Position numbers and translations under genes: made by a program | The notes under the pieces: model-generated | Database searches by the model: none | What the model saw: the letters and a program-made list of their open reading frames with translations, nothing else | Told to the model about the DNA's origin: nothing | Part shown: positions 8,876 through 16,673 of the stretch, one piece after another | How the letters are laid out: each line of letters opens with the position of its first letter | How positions within the stretch are numbered: the first letter of the stretch is position 1 | Virus record (IMG/VR): IMGVR_UViG_2778261420_000008 | Reading direction: 5' to 3' (one strand) | DNA: 18,723 bases | Origin: a virus | Taxonomy: Duplodnaviria; Heunggongvirae; Uroviricota; Caudoviricetes

Positions 8876-9640
8876 TTAATCAACGATTGTGATACCGTCT
8901 TTCAATGCGTTTTGCTTACCTGCAACATCCAGTGCATCAAAAGCAGAGCGTTTCATCGTTTTCTGACCAATATCATGCTGTGTCGGACGGGAGCCGCCGC
9001 CATTGTTGCCACTGGCTTTCAGGATGTAGTCTTTCTGAGGGTAATTTTCGACAAGGAACTCCAGCGCCTCATCAAACTGCGCCAGTTCGCCAGGCTTCGC
9101 GCGGGAATAAATTTTGTTGCCGGAAGCGTCATAAGCAACGATCTTCCCTTCTTCCACTTTGAATGCCTGCCCGAAGCGGGCTTGTAATAAATCTGCCGGG
9201 ATCGCAATTTTATCGGCAATATATTTTGAACCCGCAAAACTACCGCCAATCATAGAATCGTAAAGCTGCGTCTCCAGCATCTGAGAGCGTTGCTTTTCTT
9301 CATCTAATTGCTGCTGAAAATTTTTCGTAATTTCTGCCTTAACCTGGTCAACCTGTCCCGCATCGATCAGCTTTTTCTGGTCGATTTTTAACAGCATTTC
9401 CAGTGCCTCGATCGCCTTCTTCGGGTCTTCGATAGCGGCAAACTTAGCCAGTTTTTCCTCTGCAGCTTCTTTAGCCAGGCGATGATTTTTTGCCTCGCCA
9501 TTAAGCTCTGTAATTTTTTTTATCGCCAGCGGTGCATCGAAGCCGATTTCTTTACCATCGTCGTGCACATAAACTGGCAGGCCAGCAGTATCAATTTCTG
9601 CGTATTGTTTTCCGTTAATCTCGACCGTTTTCAGTTTCAT
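8876..9640 (-). CDS. capsid scaffolding protein (putative), 254 aa
   Basis: Track ORF 8876..9712; the preferred start is the ATG at 9640..9638 (MKLKTVEINGKQYAEID...). Charged, helix-prone sequence (EEKLAKFAAIEDPKKAIEALEMLLKIDQKK..., EEKQRSQMLETQ) directly upstream of the major capsid gene. Confidence 0.55.
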   Translation of the reverse strand: MKLKTVEINGKQYAEIDTAGLPVYVHDDGKEIGFDAPLAIKKITELNGEAKNHRLAKEAAEEKLAKFAAIEDPKKAIEALEMLLKIDQKKLIDAGQVDQVKAEITKNFQQQLDEEKQRSQMLETQLYDSMIGGSFAGSKYIADKIAIPADLLQARFGQAFKVEEGKIVAYDASGNKIYSRAKPGELAQFDEALEFLVENYPQKDYILKASGNNGGGSRPTQHDIGQKTMKRSAFDALDVAGKQNALKDGITIVD

Positions 9641-9696
9641 ATTAGTACCTGGTTTAAGTCTTCCGACAGTTACGCTGCTCACCATCCGGATCGCAG

Positions 9697-9725
9697 CAAT
9701 AAAAAAGGCCACCCGAAGGTAGCCT
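9697..9725 (-). terminator. intrinsic terminator between the minor head protein gene and the scaffold gene
   Basis: Minus-strand RNA AGGCUACC-UUCG-GGUGGCCU (8-bp stem including one U-G wobble, UUCG tetraloop) followed by UUUUUUAUUG, about 20 nt after the stop at 9745..9747. Confidence 0.6.
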
Positions 9726-9744
9726 GTTGTAATAAATGATTTAT

Positions 9745-10860
9745 TTAAATCCCTGCTTTTCTGAATACCTGTGCATCACGCTCACGGAGTTGCTTCAGCG
9801 TCAGCCATTCGCCTTTATCGGTGTAAAATTCATCTGGCGACATACCGCCATCCCGAATCAGCTTTGCCCGGGTTTCCCCCACAATCTGTTTTTGTCTGGT
9901 GTAAGGCTGACGCAAAAACCATTCCCTGTAGGTTGTATCTCCGGCCACCACGCCATCCATGCTGGCCCGCTCAGCCGGGGAAATATCACGAACATCAATA
10001 CCCAGTTCCTTCGCTGATTTCAGAATGAACGTTTCCGTTGAGCGGCAGCAGAAATGAATTTTTCCCGGCCCATGCAAATAAGGCACACTGTGACCTACAG
10101 GTTTATTATCCAGCGTATATTTGAGGCGATCCCTGATTCGACATTGTGGCGTAGTACGATTATCAAGCGTTGATAACCATTGCTTACCCTTAATCAAATC
10201 ATTATTCGCGCTGGCAAAACTCTCACGGGCAGTAGCAGCAAGATGTCCAACCGCTGTTTTTGCAATGCTGGCCGCATTAGCCCGGCTCATCTGCAATGCA
10301 CCATCCTGAAATCCCTTGCTGACATGTCCCCGAATTTTTCTTGCGATCTGCTCATTGGTATCCCCCAGCAAAAAACCCTGACGCACCGTATTTGTTATGC
10401 GTCTGAGCCGATCCGCCTCAAGATCCAAGGCCCACTCACTGAGCAGTCGTCCCTGGAATGGTCGCGCCATTGCAGCGGCGTAAAGTGCATCAGAAGATAT
10501 ACCAACCAGAGGGTGAACATCAGCAACAAAATCAGGTAGCAGAGAATCAAACAGACTTAACTGATAACCAGCCTCATAAATTGCCAGCTCGTTCAGCTCT
10601 CCGGAGAGACTGGTAAACATGCTGTTAATAGCAGCGCGGTTAACCTCTCTGACACTCGCCAGAAGTGACTCCAGGCGCGTAACGGTAAAACTACCAGGAT
10701 CGAGGCTGTCCAGTGCTACCAGCAGGCGAGCTGTAAGCTCCGCATCGCTGTCATTCAGTATTTTCACCATTCTGGCAGCCACACCAGTGCTATAGCGGGA
10801 TATCCAGACTGCATGAGCAATTGATTCATCACGCAGCCGTTCATTCACGGTTTGCATCAT
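9745..10860 (-). CDS. minor head / head morphogenesis protein (Mu F / SPP1 gp7-like), 371 aa
   Basis: Track ORF. Lies immediately after the portal gene with a 20-nt overlap, the typical position of Mu F/SPP1 gp7-family proteins. Family assignment from recalled sequence character and synteny, not a computed profile hit. Confidence 0.6.
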   Translation of the reverse strand: MMQTVNERLRDESIAHAVWISRYSTGVAARMVKILNDSDAELTARLLVALDSLDPGSFTVTRLESLLASVREVNRAAINSMFTSLSGELNELAIYEAGYQLSLFDSLLPDFVADVHPLVGISSDALYAAAMARPFQGRLLSEWALDLEADRLRRITNTVRQGFLLGDTNEQIARKIRGHVSKGFQDGALQMSRANAASIAKTAVGHLAATARESFASANNDLIKGKQWLSTLDNRTTPQCRIRDRLKYTLDNKPVGHSVPYLHGPGKIHFCCRSTETFILKSAKELGIDVRDISPAERASMDGVVAGDTTYREWFLRQPYTRQKQIVGETRAKLIRDGGMSPDEFYTDKGEWLTLKQLRERDAQVFRKAGI

Positions 10861-12247
10861 TGATTTCCATCAACATTACACTCTGATTTTTTAATTCATC
10901 GATCACATCCTCTGGACGGGAATCCTGATCGATAAATTTCAACGCCTGCAACACCCGAACCGCATCAATCTGACGTATATCACCGCCCTGACGCAATGAC
11001 TGAACAGCCAGCGCGGAGGATGAGTCAAACACCTGGGCAGATACATCCAGTTCAGTGCGCACATCCACATTGCCACCGCAACTCTCTCCGCTCCATTCCG
11101 CCATTATCTGGAGAATATTATCGAGGGCATCTTCGAGGGAGTTCGCCATTGTATAAAGCGGCGAGTGTTCCTGCATCCGCTCTTCATTAGTCTGATCAAC
11201 AGATTTGGTGGATGTATTTTCAGCCCGCAGAAGTTTAGCGCCGGCATGACGCATCTGATTTTCCAGCTTCTCAAGTGATGTTTCGCCAGATTCTATCGCT
11301 GCGCCACTATGTTCAACATATTCGAGGCCATTTTTTGTTCTGTCCTCAAAAATCGTAGCCGTGGATGCACCAACCGTCAGTTCTTCATTCCTGTCCAGCC
11401 CGTAGGCCACCAGCAATGGAACGCGGGCAACATGAAGAATATTGTCCTGCTCGCTCTGGCTTTGCCAGTGCTTAATATTCAGCAAGCCAAGATTAAGCAA
11501 TGGCGGTGTACCACGCATAAACCCTGTTTTCTTCGTATACAGTGTTACCAGAGGAATATCATCACGGCTGGTATTCCATGACTCATGAAGCATCCAGACA
11601 GATTCGCCATTAGTACCTTCGCTGCGTCGATAAATTTCTACTCGACGGGGCATAATATGGCGGATCTGCTCCACCTTCTTCTGCCCGAAATCATCACCAT
11701 CAATAATGATGACCTCTTTTATACGCAAATCAGTGAGAACAACTTTCCCTTTTTCAACTTTCGATTTCCATCCAATAACCTGGCGTGGATTCAGCATCGT
11801 AACGTACGGGCGACCACCGGCCGCGTTTTCATCGGCTTTTGTCCGAATCTCGTTCATATCCGTTCGTGGATAGTCCACCAGCGCATGTGCCACACCATAC
11901 TGAAATGCGAGACTGAAAAATTGCTGCGCCCACACATCCAGTCGGCTCCCCTCCATGTCGATATTTTCTGCATATTCCCTGATTTTTTCCGGCGTTTCCT
12001 CACTCAATACTGTCGGCTCTGCAAATATGCGCCCAATATTTTGTTTGATGCTTTCTTCATACACAGGAAGTAACGTAGCCACAGACAGGCGTTTTTTATA
12101 AGCGTCTTCATCTTCATTAGGCCATTTGGGGAGATAATTTTCCCCCTGCCTGCGCATTTCAAGCGTACCGCCCATCAATGCGTCGTTAATATCCCACGCC
12201 TCCAGCATATCGTTATAGTCGAGGTTGGGTGTTGATATATCAGCCAT
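10841..12247 (-). CDS. portal protein, 468 aa
   Basis: Track ORF. Directly follows the large terminase gene (stop TAA, 2 nt, then ATG), with a size typical of portal proteins. Synteny-based. Confidence 0.7.
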   Translation of the reverse strand: MADISTPNLDYNDMLEAWDINDALMGGTLEMRRQGENYLPKWPNEDEDAYKKRLSVATLLPVYEESIKQNIGRIFAEPTVLSEETPEKIREYAENIDMEGSRLDVWAQQFFSLAFQYGVAHALVDYPRTDMNEIRTKADENAAGGRPYVTMLNPRQVIGWKSKVEKGKVVLTDLRIKEVIIIDGDDFGQKKVEQIRHIMPRRVEIYRRSEGTNGESVWMLHESWNTSRDDIPLVTLYTKKTGFMRGTPPLLNLGLLNIKHWQSQSEQDNILHVARVPLLVAYGLDRNEELTVGASTATIFEDRTKNGLEYVEHSGAAIESGETSLEKLENQMRHAGAKLLRAENTSTKSVDQTNEERMQEHSPLYTMANSLEDALDNILQIMAEWSGESCGGNVDVRTELDVSAQVFDSSSALAVQSLRQGGDIRQIDAVRVLQALKFIDQDSRPEDVIDELKNQSVMLMEINDANRE

Positions 12248-12249
12248 AA

Positions 12250-13551
12250 TTAAATCCGAAGTGATGTGACTCTTCCGGTCGGTTTGACAATAGGGAATTG
12301 CTTAACGATGAAATAACCTCCGGCATCATTCGGGTGATCATTGCCAGATTTTTTATCAGGCTCCCCCTTATCATCCCAGACCTGTTGCTCCAGAGATTCG
12401 GCATATACCGGACAACGCTTCACATTAACTTTATAGCGACGCTCACCATTGGCATTGCAGAACATTGCATTCATTGAGTTAACGCGATCTTTTACTGGCG
12501 GGTTCGAGCTGTTCACCACAACGTTAAAACCTGCCTGCTTAAGCTGGGCTATATCCGTCGTACTTGCGTTACTTGATTTTCTGGAATCTCCGGAAGCATC
12601 TGGATAAATATAAATCTCCCTCACTTTCCGGTAATCATGCCCGTCATACAGCCAGAAGCGTTCTTTAATGAGGCGGATCATATCCGGCGTATCGTAGGCA
12701 TTGATGATTTCAGTTACCGCACATGGAAGCCCCAAACGCAGCACATGGACGATTCCCGCCATCTTTCCAACGTTAAAATCCATCCCAATATAAATCGGCT
12801 CCCCTGGCTGCTCCACTTCTTCGCAATTATTCAGTTTCCGGTCAAACTGATGGTAAACAGTACCACTTGTCAGGTTAGTAAACCGTCCTAGAAGATAGGC
12901 TTTAATCAGCTCTGGAGGGTATGATTCAAGAAGTGAAGGAATGTAATCTGCTGGCAGGTTCTTTTCATTATCGAAAGTAGATGCCTGCACCAGACCATAC
13001 AGTGAGGCCAGCTCTGTTTTTTCACGCACGGCTTTAACAAACTGCTCGTAGACAAATTTGAATCCTTCCGGCGTGGTTGTAACGTCAATACCGTTGCGAA
13101 GTCCATCAATCTTATAACGCATACGCGCAATTATCTTGCGCCACGCCGTTCTGGCTTTTTCCTTCGGCAAAATGTCCAGTTCATCCACCAGCGCATTACC
13201 AATTTTGAAACCGACGATCGTTTGTGGCTTCTCCATCGATCTGCAGATAGTGGTTCCCCGATACTGGCGTCCGTAATAAAAGTGAACCTCTTTATTTCCC
13301 TCATTAATTTTTACGTTCAATCCCCAGTCAGCAGCAACTTCTTCCACTGTAGGGTAAAAAATATCGCGAATTTGGGGATACGTTGGCGCAAAATATCCCT
13401 GATTTATACCTGGATGCTCCCAAATCCCCTTGCATATGCCGCCACACCCAACCCATGTTTTGCCCGAGCCAAAACCAGCAATATAGGCTTTAAATTTATG
13501 GGGCATTGAAAGAAATCGCGCCTGAGGCACATTAAGCGTCGGAGAGATCAT
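12250..13551 (-). CDS. terminase large subunit, 433 aa
   Basis: Track ORF 12250..13560. Walker A motif AGFGSGKTW near the N-terminus and a Walker B-like LVDELD. Preferred start is the ATG at 13551 (MISPTLNV...) because AAGGAG lies 8 nt upstream; the track start at 13560 is GTG with no spacing. Overlaps the small terminase by 20 nt. Confidence 0.85.
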   Translation of the reverse strand: MISPTLNVPQARFLSMPHKFKAYIAGFGSGKTWVGCGGICKGIWEHPGINQGYFAPTYPQIRDIFYPTVEEVAADWGLNVKINEGNKEVHFYYGRQYRGTTICRSMEKPQTIVGFKIGNALVDELDILPKEKARTAWRKIIARMRYKIDGLRNGIDVTTTPEGFKFVYEQFVKAVREKTELASLYGLVQASTFDNEKNLPADYIPSLLESYPPELIKAYLLGRFTNLTSGTVYHQFDRKLNNCEEVEQPGEPIYIGMDFNVGKMAGIVHVLRLGLPCAVTEIINAYDTPDMIRLIKERFWLYDGHDYRKVREIYIYPDASGDSRKSSNASTTDIAQLKQAGFNVVVNSSNPPVKDRVNSMNAMFCNANGERRYKVNVKRCPVYAESLEQQVWDDKGEPDKKSGNDHPNDAGGYFIVKQFPIVKPTGRVTSLRI

Positions 13552-14626
13552 CTTCATCACTCCTTAATCTGGCATCAACCACATTAATATTGATCGCCAC
13601 AGGCTGGGGATGTTCATTATCCTCCACCGTTTCGATCTCTTTGCGCAGCTTCTGGTTCTCTATTCTGCGCCGTTCAATTTCCAGTTCCTGTAGCCGCTTA
13701 TCTGCACATAATGCCCCGCCAGCAGAAAGCAAACGCAACAATTCACGCCGGGCGGCAGCCTTATCCTCCAGCAGGATCTCAACACCGTATTTTCCGAGCT
13801 TTGACCCTGCATATAATTGCCGCGCATCCCCATCAAGCAGTGTGGTATCAGCCATATAAAGCTGTCCTGTTCCCTCACCGCAGCACTTCGGGCAATCAGG
13901 ATTGGGTATGGCGTTATCAACAAAGCCGAGGCCTCCATATTCCGGCTCGGGTTTACCATCTCTGGAGGCCTGTGCCGCAGCCTTATCGAATTCTGCAATA
14001 TCACGCCACTGGTAGAGATGATTCTCGCCCCAGCAATAACGGCAGTTAACACGGCGAAATTGTGCCAACTGATTGGGGTCGGCCTGGACAATGGCCATCA
14101 ACTGGCTCACCAGTAAATCCAGGTCTGCGGTATAGCGTTTCTGGTACTGATTGCGGAAGTAGCTGATAGCACGATAAACCCTGGCATTTCTAAGCATACG
14201 GCTGGCGTTGCTGTTAGCTGTCGCACCTTGCCCCTCATAACCAGCCAGTCGGTATGCCTCTGTCGGCTTTTTCCCCTGAGCAACCAACATGGCGAATTTT
14301 GCCTGCTGGTCAGAAATACCGAATTCATCGGGGCAGAACGAAATTTCTTCCGTGTCCCCCTCAATCAGGAGTGCATCGGATACAGCCTTTTTTTTCTGAG
14401 ATTTTCCGTTCTGCCTTTGCGCAGTCTGCGCAGTTTTTTTTCGCGCACTTTTTTGCGCAGTTTTGCGCATTTCTTTCTGCGCATTTTTCGGAGTTTTTTT
14501 GATGTAACGACGGGCTGTTGCGTAGTTCAGTCCCCTTGCTTCACACCATGCCACCGGAGATATACCGGAGCGGGTGTATTCAGCAATATACTCCTGCTGC
14601 AACGCCCCCCAGTCCGGTCTGCTCAT
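13532..14626 (-). CDS. terminase small subunit (N-terminal HTH-like region, central Terminase_2-like motif, C-terminal Cys-rich putative zinc ribbon), 364 aa
   Basis: Track ORF. The central EAYRLAGYEGQGATANSNASRMLRNARVYRAISYF resembles the small-terminase signature I recall; the C-terminal part carries CRYC...CPKCC. Sits immediately upstream of, and overlapping, the large terminase gene. Contains a lysine-rich low-complexity linker encoded by the TGCGCA repeat cluster. Confidence 0.7.
   Translation of the reverse strand: MSRPDWGALQQEYIAEYTRSGISPVAWCEARGLNYATARRYIKKTPKNAQKEMRKTAQKSARKKTAQTAQRQNGKSQKKKAVSDALLIEGDTEEISFCPDEFGISDQQAKFAMLVAQGKKPTEAYRLAGYEGQGATANSNASRMLRNARVYRAISYFRNQYQKRYTADLDLLVSQLMAIVQADPNQLAQFRRVNCRYCWGENHLYQWRDIAEFDKAAAQASRDGKPEPEYGGLGFVDNAIPNPDCPKCCGEGTGQLYMADTTLLDGDARQLYAGSKLGKYGVEILLEDKAAARRELLRLLSAGGALCADKRLQELEIERRRIENQKLRKEIETVEDNEHPQPVAININVVDARLRSDEDDLSDA
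14418..14483. repeat. cluster of six palindromic TGCGCA-type hexamers (five exact, one CGCGCA), each followed by a T-run, inside the small-terminase coding sequence
   Basis: Exact TGCGCA at 14418, 14427, 14454, 14464 and 14478; CGCGCA at 14442; spacings 9 to 15 bp. On the coding strand it encodes the basic linker KNAQKEMRKTAQKSARKKTAQTAQRQ. Confidence 0.8.
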
Positions 14627-14629
14627 CAG

Positions 14630-14881
14630 TTAGTCCTGATTTTTATCCACCCTGAGTAGTTCGCGCAGAGCAAAGGCATCCCCTTTTCTGGCAAGCTTAA
14701 ACAATGCCGCTCGTAACTCGGCTTCACCTTTCGCTCTGCCCTTACGGATGGCCGCATAAAAATCTGTCATTGCTTCCCGATTTTCTTTCAGTCGGTTCAG
14801 ATCAACATCCAGAACGTCAGCGATTTGTTGTGCAGTCATCCGGCACGCTGCCAGAGACTCGACTTTCGAATACGGAATCAT
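14630..14881 (-). CDS. small hypothetical protein, possible HTH DNA-binding / packaging accessory protein, 83 aa
   Basis: Track ORF. GGGGGTG lies 5 nt before the ATG at 14881, and the stop is 3 nt before the small-terminase ATG. The segment MTAQQIADVLDVDLNRLKE looks like a helix-turn-helix. Overlaps the 3-prime end of the upstream gene by 65 nt in another frame. Confidence 0.5.
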   Translation of the reverse strand: MIPYSKVESLAACRMTAQQIADVLDVDLNRLKENREAMTDFYAAIRKGRAKGEAELRAALFKLARKGDAFALRELLRVDKNQD

Positions 14882-15749
14882 TTGTCACCCCCATTGATAT
14901 GCAGGGTGTCTTCTTCCTGTATTTTTCGTGAAGGATTTTTACTGCAGCGTTGTTCCAGGTGACCTGATGGTGAATGCGTTTATGGCTGGCACCCATCAGT
15001 GAGATTTTTACGCACGACGGCGAATACATGACGGAGTAAAAACTTTTAACGTAGGTTCCGGAATCCAGATACAGCTCGGTCATTCCGCCGCTGTTTTTCT
15101 GCGTCTGTTTCTGCCCTAACTGGACAGCACCGATCGTCATAAACAATTCACCACAGCGACCGAGATTCGTGTACGTATTCACATCCTCGTTAATGCGCCC
15201 CATGAATGAGAACGGTCGATCAACCGAACAGATAAAGCTGTTCATTGCCTTGCGTTTCACCCACGAAGCATGGCCGCCATTGTCACCAAGAAAATCCCCG
15301 CCCTGCGACATAGCGATGGAAAGCGCGGGTATTGATTCGTAATACGCCAGCATTTCAGAAAGGATCGCATCCAGTTTCCTTATCGGGAAATAGGCCTGGT
15401 CATAGTTGCGATCCACCCGAAACTGGAACTCGTGATAATCATCATCGAGCTGAATGAAGTATTTACACCCGACCAGTTTTGCCAGGTCGAAACAGGCATT
15501 ACGGGCGTAAAAAATTGAGCGGCGATCACCAAAATTATCGGCTTCGTCAAAACGACTGGCAATATCGGCTTTGGAAAATACCAGCACCTGTTCACCAAAT
15601 TCAGCCATGTACTGATGCCGTGTCTTATCTTCATCATCAACAACGATAAAAATTTTCCCGGTATAGCCAGCACGACGCAACGTCCGGTAAGTCAGAACTT
15701 TGTCCGGTCGCCCGTGAGTCAGAATAAAGGCGCAAAAATCATCACGCAT
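14817..15749 (-). CDS. soluble GT-A-like (family 2-like) glycosyltransferase-like protein, 310 aa; function unknown
   Basis: Track ORF 14817..15773. Preferred start is the ATG at 15749 (MRDDFCAFILTHGRP...), preceded by GGAGGAGGAGGAGGAA. N-terminal FILTHGRPDKV...GKIFIVVDDED and the later KYFIQLDDDY resemble the two acidic motifs of GT-A glycosyltransferases as I recall them. No long hydrophobic segments. May correspond to the K-12 Rac ydaY remnant (recollection). Confidence 0.55.
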   Translation of the reverse strand: MRDDFCAFILTHGRPDKVLTYRTLRRAGYTGKIFIVVDDEDKTRHQYMAEFGEQVLVFSKADIASRFDEADNFGDRRSIFYARNACFDLAKLVGCKYFIQLDDDYHEFQFRVDRNYDQAYFPIRKLDAILSEMLAYYESIPALSIAMSQGGDFLGDNGGHASWVKRKAMNSFICSVDRPFSFMGRINEDVNTYTNLGRCGELFMTIGAVQLGQKQTQKNSGGMTELYLDSGTYVKSFYSVMYSPSCVKISLMGASHKRIHHQVTWNNAAVKILHEKYRKKTPCISMGVTNDSVFESRVSGSVPDDCTTNR

Positions 15750-16536
15750 ATTCCTCCTCCTCCTCCCCGCCATGCATGATCTCCACCATGCGCTGCGTCA
15801 TTCGGACAAATCCATTTTCAATAGCCTGCTGATAATCAATGATCACCAGCGCCGACTCCTCGAAAAGGCACTGAATTTCAGCGGGGGCATGAGCGTAATA
15901 GTCCGCAATTCTGCTGAAATTAAACACTGTGTGACGTTCTGCCGCACACAGGAGGAATTTCTCAATATCAGGATCAAGGGACGCCGAACGTATCCGGCTG
16001 ATCAGCTCCTGAGTTTTCGTATCGTCGTACAGTTCACTGATATCCGGTTTACCGCCCGACGGCTCATAAACAGGCGTATCAATTTTCGTCGTATACGGCT
16101 CCTCCTCATTTCCTGTACCGGGCAAAACATCCGTCAACAGTTCATCAATTTCTGTCGGGATGAAGCCTGTCAGGGAGACATCAAAATCAGCATTGATTAG
16201 GTCCGACAGCTCCATCCGCAACAGATCTTCATCCCAGCCAGCATTCATCGGCAGGCGATTATCTGCCAGGCGGTACGCCTTTTTCTGCTCATCCGTCAGG
16301 CCAGACAGAACAATGACCGGAACAGAATCCATTTTGAGCATTTCAGCCGCCATAACACGACCGTGACCCGCAATAATTTCGCCCTTTTCGTCAATCAGCA
16401 CCGGATTAGTCCAGCCGAATTGCTTAATACTTTCTACCAGTTGTGCCACCTGCTCAGGGCTGTGCGTCCTGGCGTTGTGCGCATACGGTGACAATTCTTG
16501 TAATGGGCGATAGACTATCTTTAATTTCTCGCTCAT
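15742..16536 (-). CDS. ParB-like nuclease domain (ParB/Srx fold) protein with acidic C-terminal tail, 264 aa
   Basis: Track ORF. N-terminal YRPLQELSPYAHNARTHSPEQVAQLVESIKQFGWTNPVLIDEKGEIIAGHGRVMAA carries the GxGR motif characteristic of the ParB N-terminal domain. AAGG lies 8 nt before the ATG at 16536. C-terminus is GGEEEEEYA. May correspond to K-12 Rac ynaK (recollection). Confidence 0.75.
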   Translation of the reverse strand: MSEKLKIVYRPLQELSPYAHNARTHSPEQVAQLVESIKQFGWTNPVLIDEKGEIIAGHGRVMAAEMLKMDSVPVIVLSGLTDEQKKAYRLADNRLPMNAGWDEDLLRMELSDLINADFDVSLTGFIPTEIDELLTDVLPGTGNEEEPYTTKIDTPVYEPSGGKPDISELYDDTKTQELISRIRSASLDPDIEKFLLCAAERHTVFNFSRIADYYAHAPAEIQCLFEESALVIIDYQQAIENGFVRMTQRMVEIMHGGEEEEEYA

Positions 16537-16550
16537 ACAGCCTTGCTTTA

Positions 16551-16587
16551 TGAATAAAACGCACCCCAGCAGCCAGTGCTACTGGGG
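16551..16587 (-). terminator. intrinsic terminator downstream of trkG
   Basis: Minus-strand RNA CCCCAGUAGC-ACUG-GCUGCUGGGG (10-bp stem with one U-G wobble, 4-nt loop) followed by UGCGUUUUAUUCA, about 90 nt after the trkG stop and directly before the ribosome-binding site of the ParB-like gene. Confidence 0.6.
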
Positions 16588-16673
16588 ACGGAGGGGTTGC
16601 TGGTAAAGTTAGGTATTGGATCAATGAGTGAGTCAACATAATATTAAACTCACAATTATAAATCAGCCATATA

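Noticed and set aside
11585-12073. Plus-strand ORF of 162 aa, and the other plus-strand ORFs in the track (for example 2106..2393, 3100..3447, 8825..9187, 9736..10017, 10180..10539, 12637..12891, 13711..14049, 15772..16200)
   Set aside because: All lie entirely inside, and antisense to, longer minus-strand genes with recognisable phage functions. They have no ribosome-binding sites I could see and show low-complexity or odd composition.
14380-14500. Possibility that the TGCGCA repeat cluster is a CRISPR array or mini-satellite
   Set aside because: Repeat units are 6 bp with 3 to 9 bp spacers, far too short for CRISPR, and the cluster lies within an open reading frame with clear small-terminase character.
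14228-14659. 143-aa plus-strand ORF with repetitive FLR/SF composition opposite the small terminase
   Set aside because: It is the antisense reading of the TGCGCA/T-run repeat region and the small-terminase gene; its repetitiveness is a by-product of the repeat, not evidence of coding.
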